59,327 nt of DNA, taken from IMG/VR virus record IMGVR_UViG_3300046051_000014, positions 1 to 59,327 of that record; one strand, 5' to 3'. The DNA comes from a virus. Its lineage: Duplodnaviria; Caudoviricetes. Below the pieces are notes generated by a model, which was given only the letters and a program-made list of their open reading frames with translations, was not told the origin of the DNA and did not search any database. Below are positions 20,704 through 29,944 of this stretch, one piece after another. The first letter of the stretch is position 1. Each line of letters begins with the position of its first letter. The position numbers were made by a program, and so were the translations under genes.

Positions 20704-22296
20704 ATGGCAATCAGCAATAGGTTCCCGACGTGGGGAGAGAGTGGTACCTCGCCCGTCGATGGGTTTTCGTACCAGGGTGGAGAGCAGGTCAACGAAAAGC
20801 ACCTCGACTATCTATGGGACTCCCTTGACGGGATGGAACAGGACATTAACGCGGAACTGGACCGTCTCGACAGCGAGGTGTCCTCACTCAACGACCAGAC
20901 CGACGAGTACCTGTGGCGCGACGGTCGTTACGCAGCAACAGGGACCCTGGACATGGGGAACAACTCCATCATCAACATCGCCAACCTCGACTTCCAGGGC
21001 GATACTTTCGACCTAAACGGTGCAAACGTCACGAACGTGGGGAGCTACGGTGGTGTAGAGGTCACGGGCACTGGCAGTGGAGGCCAATACTACAAGGTCG
21101 GGACCATCAGTAGTGATGGTGGTGGCCGCGTCACCATGCGGGTGTCAGGGACGTCACGCTCGGGCAGCGGCGGTGGCAACGACGACGCTCTTGGTGAACG
21201 GTACGGTCAAATCTTCTACAACTCTACGAACAAGAGCGTCTACACCTACCAGTTCGTCGTCGGGCCCGACGACAACCCTGAGAGCGAGTTTGCCTACGTC
21301 AAGCGGGGTGACGACACCATCGACGTGTACTTCTATGCAGGCCCCTACATGAGCGCGACCCTGTACGTGAGCGAGGGCCACGAGTTCACCCACGAGAATC
21401 AGGAGGTGGCTTCCCCGAACGGGGCCACTGCCTTCGACAAGGAGTTCGAGCTTCAGGACCGTCTCGTCGCCAACGAACAGATTCGAGCACGTGGCGGCAT
21501 GCGGGTTCCCTCCTCAAGCATCTACGTGCAAAACTCCGAGGTCCTTCGGGCGGACGGGAGTGTGTCCCTGACTGACACGCTCGACGCGGACGGGAACGAC
21601 GTTCTCGACGTCGGTGACTTGCGGGTCGATGGATTGTTGTATGCCGTTTCCTCGGAGCTTGACATCCGTGACAACATCGACCTGGCTGACAACGACGTGC
21701 GGCGGGCCTCCACAGTCCACACTGCGGAGGTCTCTGCCTCGCCAGCTTCCGATGGTAGCGTGGACTTCAACGACCCCATCAACCTGGAAGACAACAAGAT
21801 CATCGACGTCCAGAAGATCGAGACAGACGACATCGAGTCGCCCGACTCGCCGAACATCAGAGTCGTGAATAGCGGTCTGAACATGAACGGTAATCGGGTC
21901 CGCAACGCCTACAAGGTGGCAACTGACAGACTCCAAAGTCCGAGCAACAACTTCGTTCGTGTGCAGGACAACTTCGCAATGGAGGGCAACAACGTGCGAG
22001 GAATCAATGCCCTGGGTGCATACCAGGGCGCGGTCGGGATGGTGGACGACCTCGACATGCGAAACAACGGTATCCGTCGCGCCGAGGACATCCTCATCCA
22101 GTCGAACTACCCCGAAATCCAGTTCGAGGACACCGACGCTTCTGGGACTGGTGCCAACGGCAGCGTCCACCTGAACGGCCAGCAGTTGTGGATCGGAAAC
22201 CGTGCCGATACCGACGGCATCGAGATCGACATGCAGGGAAGCATGACGATCGACGTGTACGAGGGCGGCAACCAGCAGAAACGGCTGTACCCCTAA
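20704..22296 (+). CDS. Tail fibre/adhesin
   Basis: After the baseplate genes; recurrent LDMxNNxIxN-like motif (LDMGNNSIINI, IDLADNDVRRA, INLEDNKIIDV, LNMNGNRVRNA, LDMRNNGIRRA). Confidence 0.8.
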   Translation: MAISNRFPTWGESGTSPVDGFSYQGGEQVNEKHLDYLWDSLDGMEQDINAELDRLDSEVSSLNDQTDEYLWRDGRYAATGTLDMGNNSIINIANLDFQGDTFDLNGANVTNVGSYGGVEVTGTGSGGQYYKVGTISSDGGGRVTMRVSGTSRSGSGGGNDDALGERYGQIFYNSTNKSVYTYQFVVGPDDNPESEFAYVKRGDDTIDVYFYAGPYMSATLYVSEGHEFTHENQEVASPNGATAFDKEFELQDRLVANEQIRARGGMRVPSSSIYVQNSEVLRADGSVSLTDTLDADGNDVLDVGDLRVDGLLYAVSSELDIRDNIDLADNDVRRASTVHTAEVSASPASDGSVDFNDPINLEDNKIIDVQKIETDDIESPDSPNIRVVNSGLNMNGNRVRNAYKVATDRLQSPSNNFVRVQDNFAMEGNNVRGINALGAYQGAVGMVDDLDMRNNGIRRAEDILIQSNYPEIQFEDTDASGTGANGSVHLNGQQLWIGNRADTDGIEIDMQGSMTIDVYEGGNQQKRLYP

Positions 22297-22309
22297 TTGG
22301 TTCAGACCC

Positions 22310-22335
22310 CTGGATTGACAGGGGCCTCTTCTCTG
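22310..22335 (+). terminator. Hairpin plus pyrimidine tract after the tail fibre gene
   Basis: CCCCTG-GATTGA-CAGGGG followed by CCTCTTCTCT; ends approximate. Confidence 0.4.
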
Positions 22336-22384
22336 CTCACGCCCGTGTTTGTCTACGGGCCTCTTTCTTATTCATAAGCCTACA

Positions 22385-22612
22385 ATGATCGAGTACATCA
22401 CACAAGTCACGGACGTCGCACCGCTCGCTCCCTTCGCCGAGTTAGAGACCTGGTACGGTATCTTCGCGGCCCTGGCCTTCGAGAAGACCCTGCGTCGTGT
22501 GGTGAAGTCCCGCCTCACGGATTTGGCAGATGGAGAGCACTTAGAGAAGCAGCGTGCCGAGTCGAAGGGCGCTGAACGCGGCAACAAGCAGGCCCCTGAA
22601 GACAGACAATAG
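22385..22612 (+). CDS. Small membrane protein (possible holin)
   Basis: Hydrophobic segment, charged tail, at the end of the late operon. Confidence 0.4.
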   Translation: MIEYITQVTDVAPLAPFAELETWYGIFAALAFEKTLRRVVKSRLTDLADGEHLEKQRAESKGAERGNKQAPEDRQ

Positions 22613-22660
22613 CTATCCGAGACACGAACCTTTATACCCACGAGACCGCAAGAGGGCGTA

Positions 22661-23677
22661 GTGACAGAAACCCGAGTGCGCCAAGAACGAATCGTGACTG
22701 ACGAAGCAGACAAGAACCTGGATGATGAGATCACTCGCGGACAACGAAAGCGTGACGGGGATGACGTCCGTGTCTACGAGCACAACGACGACGCACTCCT
22801 CAGCGTCACCACGGTCCTGAACTACATGGACGAGGACGACACGGGCTTGGAGCACTGGCGCTCACACAACACGGGTCTGGACGGAGAGCCCTACTGGCGG
22901 CACCTCTTTTGGTACACGCGCCACCGTGGAACCCTTGCGCACTACCGTGCCCTCAACGGGCTTACCGAAGCGGAGTTGTATAGCGAGGACGAGTCCCAAT
23001 CCGAGAGGGAACTGCAAAAGTTACAGGAGGGTGACGTGCAGTTCAGTGACGCCGAGGACGAGCGTAGGCACGAGGATGGACGCTTCAATCACGAGGCGGC
23101 CCACGACCTTGACGAGCGACGGCTCTACACCTACTACAGCGTCCTGAAGGACTCGGGAGCTATTCAGTCGTATGGCGAGTTTCTCGATCACGTCCTTGCG
23201 TATCAAGACACTGGACGACCACAGCCCTCCGTGTCCGAAGAGGCCCTGTTGAAACGGTGTCGTGCGGATGCGCGGACTTTCGACTCCACCTTCCAGTCCA
23301 TACGTAGCGAGTTAGGAATCACGACCGAGAATGTCGTGACCGTCGAGGAGATGGTCTTCGATTACGACCTCGCCGTAGCGGGCCAGCCCGACCTGGTGTA
23401 CGACGACCCTCACGGCGAGAGGGTCCTGGCAGACCTCAAGACCTCAAGCGGGATGCGCGACCACTACCCCCATCAGGCGGTCGTCTACGGCAAGGTCCTG
23501 CCATACGACATCGACAGGTATGAGATCATCCGCATCCATCCCGACACGGGGACCTGGCAAGTGCACACTAACGACCCGAGCACGCACGTGCACACTGGGG
23601 ATGGGTGGTACGGGGAGCCAGACGAGTTATTCGCGGAGTTCAGCGACGTGGCGGAACGAGTGTCAGCCAAGGTCTGA
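22661..23677 (+). CDS. PD-(D/E)xK exonuclease (lambda-exo/Cas4-like superfamily)
   Basis: SVTTVL, RGTLAH, AGQPDL, ADLKTS, HQAVVY. Confidence 0.85.
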   Translation: MTETRVRQERIVTDEADKNLDDEITRGQRKRDGDDVRVYEHNDDALLSVTTVLNYMDEDDTGLEHWRSHNTGLDGEPYWRHLFWYTRHRGTLAHYRALNGLTEAELYSEDESQSERELQKLQEGDVQFSDAEDERRHEDGRFNHEAAHDLDERRLYTYYSVLKDSGAIQSYGEFLDHVLAYQDTGRPQPSVSEEALLKRCRADARTFDSTFQSIRSELGITTENVVTVEEMVFDYDLAVAGQPDLVYDDPHGERVLADLKTSSGMRDHYPHQAVVYGKVLPYDIDRYEIIRIHPDTGTWQVHTNDPSTHVHTGDGWYGEPDELFAEFSDVAERVSAKV

Positions 23678-23683
23678 CCAGCG

Positions 23684-23758
23684 TGGCGGTCAGGGTCGTG
23701 CTGAGGTATGACCCTCACGCATACTCAGGGTCGTACCTATCCAGGACCTTGACCGCCA
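23684..23758 (+). other. Long intergenic stem-loop
   Basis: 14-bp outer and 12-bp inner stems; the one mismatch in each is G-U compatible on the + strand. Confidence 0.7.
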
Positions 23759-23841
23759 GGCTTGTGATATGCTTCAGAGGCATAGTGTCAGAGGAGAGTG
23801 CCCCGCTCTCGTAACGGGGGCGAAGCTATTGGACCACAATC

Positions 23842-24096
23842 GTGACACGACAACGACAGACGAACGAGGAGTGTGCGATCCAGGAATGTGGCGGGACCTA
23901 CGTGAAGGACGAAGGCGACTACGCCCTTCGAGAGAAGTGGTGCTCGAAGTGCTGGTTCGTGCCCACTGAATCGTACTTCAGAGACGTGAACAGAGACTCC
24001 TGGGAGCAGTTTCGTGAGTGGCGGGACTCGGAAGGCTACCCACATGATCGTGTGAAGACACACGGTGGGTTTGCACAAGCCTATATCGACGGTTAG
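23842..24096 (+). CDS. Small Zn-finger protein
   Basis: CAIQEC and CSKC. Confidence 0.6.
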   Translation: MTRQRQTNEECAIQECGGTYVKDEGDYALREKWCSKCWFVPTESYFRDVNRDSWEQFREWRDSEGYPHDRVKTHGGFAQAYIDG

Positions 24097-24102
24097 CTGC
24101 TT

Positions 24103-24576
24103 TTACGGGGTCGTGTACTCGACCGTATCAGCCTGGTGCTGTACTACAGGTTTCTCCCAGTACGGACGAACCAGTCCATAGACGATCGTGGCCTGTAGCA
24201 TGGGCCTTTCGCCCGCAGTGACCATCACGTCCCACGATCGGTCTATCACGTTCGTGCACTTCCAGAAACGGTGCAAGCCCTCGACGTAGTGGGTATCAGT
24301 GTTCTGGAGTACGTACCCGAGAATGTCGGTCGTGTACGACGAAAACCAGAACTTGAGGGCAGGCTCCTGTATGTCCCACTGCGGTTCGGCGTAACGGCCG
24401 TGCCGCGTGATACCCGACTCATTCTCGACGCCATCACGTAGCACGTCGAAGTGTTTTTGACCCACTTGTTCCGCATAGCTGTGCGGGAACCGAACCGTCT
24501 GTTTATCCGAGCGTAGTGCCGAGACATCGGCCTCCATCCACATGGGCCTGCTTCTTTGAGACACATCGAGAACCAA
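24103..24576 (-). CDS. Hypothetical protein
   Basis: Long ORF in a minus-strand cluster; start may be 24543. Confidence 0.5.
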   Translation of the reverse strand: MVLDVSQRSRPMWMEADVSALRSDKQTVRFPHSYAEQVGQKHFDVLRDGVENESGITRHGRYAEPQWDIQEPALKFWFSSYTTDILGYVLQNTDTHYVEGLHRFWKCTNVIDRSWDVMVTAGERPMLQATIVYGLVRPYWEKPVVQHQADTVEYTTP

Positions 24577-24602
24577 GAGCCACGGCTATTTCAAGGTGGT
24601 GT

Positions 24603-25112
24603 TCAGAGCAGGTTGCCGTCGTCCATTGTCGTCATTCGTGTCGACTGAAACTCCCAAAAAGAGACGCCTGTATCGAGGAGGGCGTCTCGTATGTAGGACT
24701 CTCCTTCGTAAACAGCAAGGCCAGAATAATCAACAAGCTGGTCATAGACCATAGCTTGTCCGATCCCTTTTCTGTGTGAGTCAGAACCCTTACACTCGAT
24801 AGCTATGTCTATATCTGTAGGGTGCCCGATCACAATGTCTGCTAACGGCCCACCGTTTCCACCTACGACTGCTATTTCGCCGAAGTATATGTCGTCTTCA
24901 CAGAAGAGTTGTGAAAGGTAGCGAAGCATCTCCAAAGTGACCCACTGCTCCGTTCCAATGGTCGGGCGACTCAGACCACTCATCTCGCCAAACTCCTTTA
25001 TATGGCCCGAAACTTGGCCGTAGTTATCTTCTAACACTTCGACCACCCACACTCGGGGCAACGGAGACACCCCTCCTGGCGAACCAGGTTCTCCGAACCG
25101 CACCGACGACAC
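24603..25112 (-). CDS. PD-(D/E)xK restriction endonuclease-like protein
   Basis: LADIVI..IAIECKG..GIGQAMVY; visibly AT-richer DNA. Confidence 0.7.
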   Translation of the reverse strand: MSSVRFGEPGSPGGVSPLPRVWVVEVLEDNYGQVSGHIKEFGEMSGLSRPTIGTEQWVTLEMLRYLSQLFCEDDIYFGEIAVVGGNGGPLADIVIGHPTDIDIAIECKGSDSHRKGIGQAMVYDQLVDYSGLAVYEGESYIRDALLDTGVSFWEFQSTRMTTMDDGNLL

Positions 25113-25334
25113 TTATTCAAGGTAGTCCTCAAGCAGGCCCCTGTTGCTGCTCAGGTTCTCGTTGTCGAACGAAGGCGATGCGTCACGAAGTGCAAGTTGG
25201 GCGACCTTTACAGCTTCGATCTCTTGTGCTGTGAGGGGGTACAGACGGATGCCCGTCAACTCGTCCAGCGCATTGTCGATGCACCCGACTGCCTCATCAG
25301 CGTGCTCTTGGAAGTTCTCCTCTGGTGGCGTCAT
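25113..25334 (-). CDS. Hypothetical protein
   Basis: Acidic 73-aa ORF abutting the next gene. Confidence 0.55.
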   Translation of the reverse strand: MTPPEENFQEHADEAVGCIDNALDELTGIRLYPLTAQEIEAVKVAQLALRDASPSFDNENLSSNRGLLEDYLE

Positions 25335-25391
25335 GCCTTCTCAGGTTGCAGCCCGACCCTCTTCAACCTACCTATTACCCTGACTCATATC

Positions 25392-25470
25392 GCATCGCCC
25401 TTTAGCCAAGTTCGCCGATAAGCCGCATCGGCGAGACTGTTGCTAAATGGCATCGCCCTTTAGCCAAGTT
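25392..25470. repeat. 21-bp direct repeat duplicating the 3' end of the resolvase gene
   Basis: GCATCGCCCTTTAGCCAAGTT at 25392-25412 and 25450-25470. Confidence 0.9.
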
Positions 25471-25961
25471 TCTCTATCGGAAGGGTCGTAGTTCTCATCG
25501 TGTTCAAGCCCCAACTCTTCGAGGGCAGCGAAGTGGTCCTTGGTGCCATGGGCCGACGGGTAACTATCGAGATCGGGCTTCGTGAACCTGATCGACTTCT
25601 CAGTGAGGTGGCCCTCAAAAGCATCGGGCGGGTCCATCGAGACTGTGCCCCCACCGTTTTGCCACACCTGGATCAGTGCAGGTCTACGATTCGTGAACTT
25701 ATACCAGAGCACTGCTGCGGTAACGTCGTTGGCACACGCAAGAAGCTGTTCGAGATCGGCCTTGTCCTCGTAGACGCGCTCGCCCGTATCCACGGCCCGC
25801 TTCTTCAGTTCTATCGCGTAATTAGCGCCCGTGGTCGTCAGGAGGATGTCTGGCTGCGGGAAGGCGTTCGAGCCACTGTACCCGCACGTGTAAACCATCA
25901 CGTCCCGAGACGTGCATCGATACAGGTGCTTGGCTTGGTCGTTCTCGTACTGTTTGCTCAC
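25443..25961 (-). CDS. hjc: Archaeal-type Holliday junction resolvase
   Basis: YEND..L, SGS..PDILL, YAIELKK. Confidence 0.75.
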   Translation of the reverse strand: MSKQYENDQAKHLYRCTSRDVMVYTCGYSGSNAFPQPDILLTTTGANYAIELKKRAVDTGERVYEDKADLEQLLACANDVTAAVLWYKFTNRRPALIQVWQNGGGTVSMDPPDAFEGHLTEKSIRFTKPDLDSYPSAHGTKDHFAALEELGLEHDENYDPSDRETWLKGDAI

Positions 25962-26107
25962 GTCGCTTCACACGAGCCCCTGATCCTTAACGTCTTGGGG
26001 CGGCCAAGTACCTGCCAAAAACAGGGCCGTGAGGAACAGGACCCTGGACGTCAGGTACTTGATAGCACAGGGCCGCGACTGCGACGAAGTAATGATTACT
26101 GAGAGTA

Positions 26108-26452
26108 TTACTCGTAGCTGGCCTCTGATTCATCCACACTCCGAATATCAGTAGAGACCACTGATGCCTCGAAGCTGATGGTCATACCCCCATCGTCCTG
26201 TCGAGGCATGTTGATCGCGTACTCGTGAAACGTGTACTGGGTGTCACCGACCGTGACAGTGAGAATGGGCTGTGCAGCAGAGGAGTGATCCTCCACGACT
26301 TCGCCGACTAATTCAGGAGCGTGATCCTCTTCAGCGACGTGAATCTTACCCTGAATCTTGTCGTGGTGTGGGAACCACTCGGATTCAGTGGTCTCGACGG
26401 TCTGGATGTGACCTCTCCCTTCAGCGATAAGGCCGAGTAGTTCGACTTGCAT
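26108..26452 (-). CDS. Hypothetical protein
   Basis: ATG at 26452 (MQVELL); the longer listed ORF runs through repeat A and is rejected. Confidence 0.55.
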   Translation of the reverse strand: MQVELLGLIAEGRGHIQTVETTESEWFPHHDKIQGKIHVAEEDHAPELVGEVVEDHSSAAQPILTVTVGDTQYTFHEYAINMPRQDDGGMTISFEASVVSTDIRSVDESEASYE

Positions 26453-26499
26453 ACCTACAGTCGGGGCTACCTTCTTAAGAACCTGTCGCAACACTATTC

Positions 26500-26710
26500 T
26501 GGTACGCAGAGTGGCGTGCAAACTACGAATCCGTAGAGGGCGATGGGATTGCCCCCACTCTTCACTGATACCCGCAAACAAACCTCGCAAGCCTACCCAC
26601 TTACAGCAACAGCCTACTGCTGTAAAAGACTGTTGGTCCACTCCATTGTGAATCAATAGGGTGCTGCAACCACCGTGTATTGCTGCACAATGGTGTAATA
26701 TTATAAGAGT
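26500..26710 (-). repeat. Family A element, copy 2
   Basis: Reverse complement aligns with 20392 onward. Confidence 0.95.
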
Positions 26711-26731
26711 GTGCAGCCCCTTTCCAGTAAC

Positions 26732-27157
26732 ATGAGGATGCACACGCCGCTCGTCGGCCTCGTCCAGGACGTGAGTTATCGAGCCTATCTCAACGCCAAT
26801 GGCGTGAAGGTCGGCGACGTGCTTCGCGTCACCTTCGAGGGTCCCTACGGCAACACCTATCAACACGACCTTGACAACGGGCCCTTCAGTTTCCAGAACC
26901 CCGCTCTACAATTCATGGCCCACTGTGGCGCTGCTCCATCCAGGGTCGATGATTGTTCAGGGGCCTCGATCACCCTCTGCCGTGGACACAGCGACGAGAT
27001 TGGCGAGTACGGCTACTTCATGATCGCGGAGCAGACACTACGCTCGGGTCGCATTGCCCTGAAGTCGGCGGAGTGGTTTCCCAGAGACATGTGCCCCGAT
27101 AGCACGGAGGAACCCGAGAATGACGGGCCTGTAGACATACAGATGCGTGAACAATAG
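26732..27157 (+). CDS. Hypothetical protein
   Basis: ATG 31 nt after TTATAAG at 26701. Confidence 0.6.
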   Translation: MRMHTPLVGLVQDVSYRAYLNANGVKVGDVLRVTFEGPYGNTYQHDLDNGPFSFQNPALQFMAHCGAAPSRVDDCSGASITLCRGHSDEIGEYGYFMIAEQTLRSGRIALKSAEWFPRDMCPDSTEEPENDGPVDIQMREQ

Positions 27158-27189
27158 ACTTTTCTGATCTGAACAACAAGGGTGAACAG

Positions 27190-27621
27190 ATGCCCCGAAA
27201 CCCGCCAGACACCTACCGTGGACAGCTTCAGCACGTGGCAGAGCCTTCCACACCGAAGGAGCGCCGTGACGCGGACTTCGCACGTATCCGAGACTGGAGG
27301 GCGCTGTACTTCGCCGAGCAGCTTCGAGAGTGGGGTGCCTACCATGGCACCAAGGTCCACTCGAACATCGCCCTGGCATACGCGGACTACATCAACGAGC
27401 AGGTCCGTGAGCGGGGCGAGTCATTCGTGTGCCTCTATGCACACACTGACGACGCCAAGTTCGTGTTGATGAAGTGCGCGCACGTGTTGAAACAAGATGC
27501 CTCTCCTACGACTATCAGTCTCAAGAAACAGGTGGCGAAGGCCATCGAGTCCGAGTTTCCCGACTATGGGCAAGGGTTCGGAGAGACAGACGAGACCGAG
27601 AACGAAGGAGGTGAGAACTAA
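27190..27621 (+). CDS. Hypothetical protein
   Basis: 143-aa ORF with normal codon usage. Confidence 0.6.
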   Translation: MPRNPPDTYRGQLQHVAEPSTPKERRDADFARIRDWRALYFAEQLREWGAYHGTKVHSNIALAYADYINEQVRERGESFVCLYAHTDDAKFVLMKCAHVLKQDASPTTISLKKQVAKAIESEFPDYGQGFGETDETENEGGEN

Positions 27622-27797
27622 TGTACTCGAACGTCCAGAACATCGTTATTTCAGGGTTTGCCCTCTTCGTAGGTCTGTCGATCGGCCTGCTCGGTGGCTC
27701 GGTAAACCTCGGCGTGATCGTTTCGATGGGCTTGACGGCTGCGTTCCTCTTCATGCTGACTGAGACGACGACGCGGGCACTTGAGGAGGCCAAGTAG
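27621..27797 (+). CDS. Small two-helix membrane protein (58 aa)
   Basis: Translated by hand: MYSNVQNIVISGFALFVGLSIGLL...; TAATG overlap and GGAGGTG SD-like site upstream. Confidence 0.6.
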   Translation: MYSNVQNIVISGFALFVGLSIGLLGGSVNLGVIVSMGLTAAFLFMLTETTTRALEEAK

Positions 27798-27798
27798 C

Positions 27799-28044
27799 GT
27801 GGTGCTTGGCACGGACCTGGGGGCGAAACTGACCTCGCTGATCGACAACCGTAAGCGCACGGTGTTGCTGATCGTGTTCACGGTGACGAGCGGGCTCTAC
27901 TCTATTCTCTTCTACGAGCTTGCAATAGACACGGCCTTCGAGTCGATTTCGCCTTTCCCACTGCTGATAGACGTGCTGATCGCGGCCGTGGTGTGGATGG
28001 GCGTGCTGGCGTTCACGGTGGCCTACAGCGCACTCGGCGAATGA
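27799..28044 (+). CDS. Small two-helix membrane protein
   Basis: Two hydrophobic segments; GTG start. Confidence 0.6.
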   Translation: MVLGTDLGAKLTSLIDNRKRTVLLIVFTVTSGLYSILFYELAIDTAFESISPFPLLIDVLIAAVVWMGVLAFTVAYSALGE

Positions 28045-28292
28045 GATTCGCCAGAATACGACAACTCGCTACGCGACTGGTCGTATTGGGTGAGTAACGC
28101 CCCTGTTTTCCAGGGCCCTGCACACCATGAGCCTGCTGTTAGTAGTTTTACTGATGCAATTCAGTGTATTCCACAAGACTTAATATGTGGTGGGGTGTAC
28201 GAGGTGGTGTGACGCGACGAGGCAATTGGCGAACCGCTCACTGGTCATGTGATGAATCTGTAGTTGTTAGTCCTCTGCGTCACGGGTAAACC

Positions 28293-29543
28293 ATGCCAAA
28301 GGCACCACGACAAACGCAGACCGACAACGGTATCGACGCGGAAGACATGAACGCCCGCATCTCGCTGTCGCCGCACACGCGGCTGGCGTGTGACGAGATC
28401 GAGGATGTGGTCATCTCGGTGGACGAGGATCGCTACGACGAGCACACGGGCACCTCCGTGGGTGTCGTCGTGAGCAACCCCACGGCACCGAAGGGCACCA
28501 TCTACCGTAACTCGGAGGTCGACTACGATGCCTACGACACGGCAGTGGGTGCGAAGATGCAGAGCGACGACCTCGGCCAGAACGTGTCCTCGACGGACTT
28601 CAAACTCGCCGACCCCGAGGACGACATGACGACCGAGAAGTCCTACGACGGTACTGTCCGCGCCATCGAGGTGGGCTCGGGCTCGTTCGATGCCGAGGTG
28701 GTCGAAGAGTTCGGTGTCGACAGCGCCATCATCTGGTTCAATCGCGTGTCGGGCCAGGTCATTGGTCGAGCACTCGACTTCAACGGCATCCCGTTCGCAC
28801 GGTACACGGACGACGGCTACCTCGTCAAGGGCCTGCTCGACGTGCCACTCGGCTGGCGGAGCCAGGACCGTAACGCTCCCGTGGACGATCCTGGTTCCCA
28901 GGCAGCACGGCGCACCCTCGCCAAGGACGACGGCTTCGGTCGTCCGCCACGGTGGGGACGCCCCATCGTCCAGCGCGCTGACACGGTGGGCGAGTCCGTG
29001 TTCTTCGAGGTCGAGCGTTCGGGACAGTCCTACATCACGAACGCCTACTTCAACGACTTCGAGGGCGATAACGTCGAGGAGGCCACGCCCATCGAGCCAC
29101 GGTATGAGGCCGAAGCGGACGACATCCTCGCCGAGGTCTTCGAGGACACCACGCCCCAGGGCATCTACGCCCTGTACCACGGAGAGGGCTGGCAGAACGA
29201 CCTTTCCAGTGACAGCGATGCCGAAGCTGCCACGAGCGGCGCAGGCTCCTTCGACATCGCTCCCGAATCTGAGGAGGCTGCCTCGACCGCGGACCAGGAC
29301 GGTCTCACCGAGGCCGAAGAGCAGTTCGCCGAGCGAGTGGTCGAGACCATCGCGGGCTCGAACCGCACGCCCGACGAAGCACTGAAGCAGGGCTTCGAGA
29401 GCACGATCGGTGCCAACGCGGAGATGTTCGAGGGCACGCCCAACACGGAGGGCGTGCGTGAGCACATCTACGAGAACAGCGAGCACCTGGACGCCGAGTC
29501 CATGAGCCTCACCGAAGAGGCCGAAGAGGCACTCGCCGCGTAA
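28293..29543 (+). CDS. Acidic hypothetical protein (possible ssDNA-binding/recombination role)
   Basis: 416 aa, strong codon bias, acidic tail; function is a guess. Confidence 0.55.
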   Translation: MPKAPRQTQTDNGIDAEDMNARISLSPHTRLACDEIEDVVISVDEDRYDEHTGTSVGVVVSNPTAPKGTIYRNSEVDYDAYDTAVGAKMQSDDLGQNVSSTDFKLADPEDDMTTEKSYDGTVRAIEVGSGSFDAEVVEEFGVDSAIIWFNRVSGQVIGRALDFNGIPFARYTDDGYLVKGLLDVPLGWRSQDRNAPVDDPGSQAARRTLAKDDGFGRPPRWGRPIVQRADTVGESVFFEVERSGQSYITNAYFNDFEGDNVEEATPIEPRYEAEADDILAEVFEDTTPQGIYALYHGEGWQNDLSSDSDAEAATSGAGSFDIAPESEEAASTADQDGLTEAEEQFAERVVETIAGSNRTPDEALKQGFESTIGANAEMFEGTPNTEGVREHIYENSEHLDAESMSLTEEAEEALAA

Positions 29544-29649
29544 CCAGGCTCGCGTAGCGGCTCGACCTTTCTTTCGGTCACGCACCCCATAGCCACGGGT
29601 CTGCCATTCTCACGGGCCTGTCGCGGTCACGCACTTGCCACAGTGACGC

Positions 29650-29810
29650 CCGTGGACCCGCACGTGTGTGGCGAGGGTTCTTTCTCACTTCGACAGCAAG
29701 GTGCCTCAGCGCACGCTCATGGCTCTTCACGAGCTTGTGAGGGCTATCGGACCTGGCATACTCAGCGCCATCCTAAGGCGCGAGATTGGTGTGTGAGAGC
29801 AGGGTCGTGC
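29650..29810 (-). repeat. Family B element
   Basis: Reverse complement contains CCAATCTCGCGCC..CTGAG..GTCCGATAGCCCTCAC..GAAGAGCCATGAGCGT. Confidence 0.8.
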
Positions 29811-29944
29811 AGTCGGGCGGTTTTGATGCCTAATTACTCACGTGAATAACTAAGTCATCGGCTACGCCTCGGCGTTGGCGATGGCGCGGGACGCCAGTAG
29901 CCAACATCGGTACTACTAAGTAGTCCGCTTCTCTACACTGTCGT

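Noticed and set aside
22299-22325. GGTTCAGACCCCTGGATTGAC loosely resembles a haloarchaeal CRISPR repeat
   Set aside because: Needs several gaps, is single-copy, and is explained by a terminator-like hairpin.
23698-23744. Bulge-helix-bulge splicing motif in the long hairpin
   Set aside because: The central helix is only 3 bp and the bulges are on the wrong side for the + strand.
25392-25470. Repeat-spacer-repeat as a mini-CRISPR array
   Set aside because: The 21-bp repeat is coding sequence and unlike known CRISPR repeats.
28245-29585. Long antisense ORFs (also 7779-8897, 11452-12585, 12868-14007, 31911-32858)
   Set aside because: Shadows of GC-rich sense genes.
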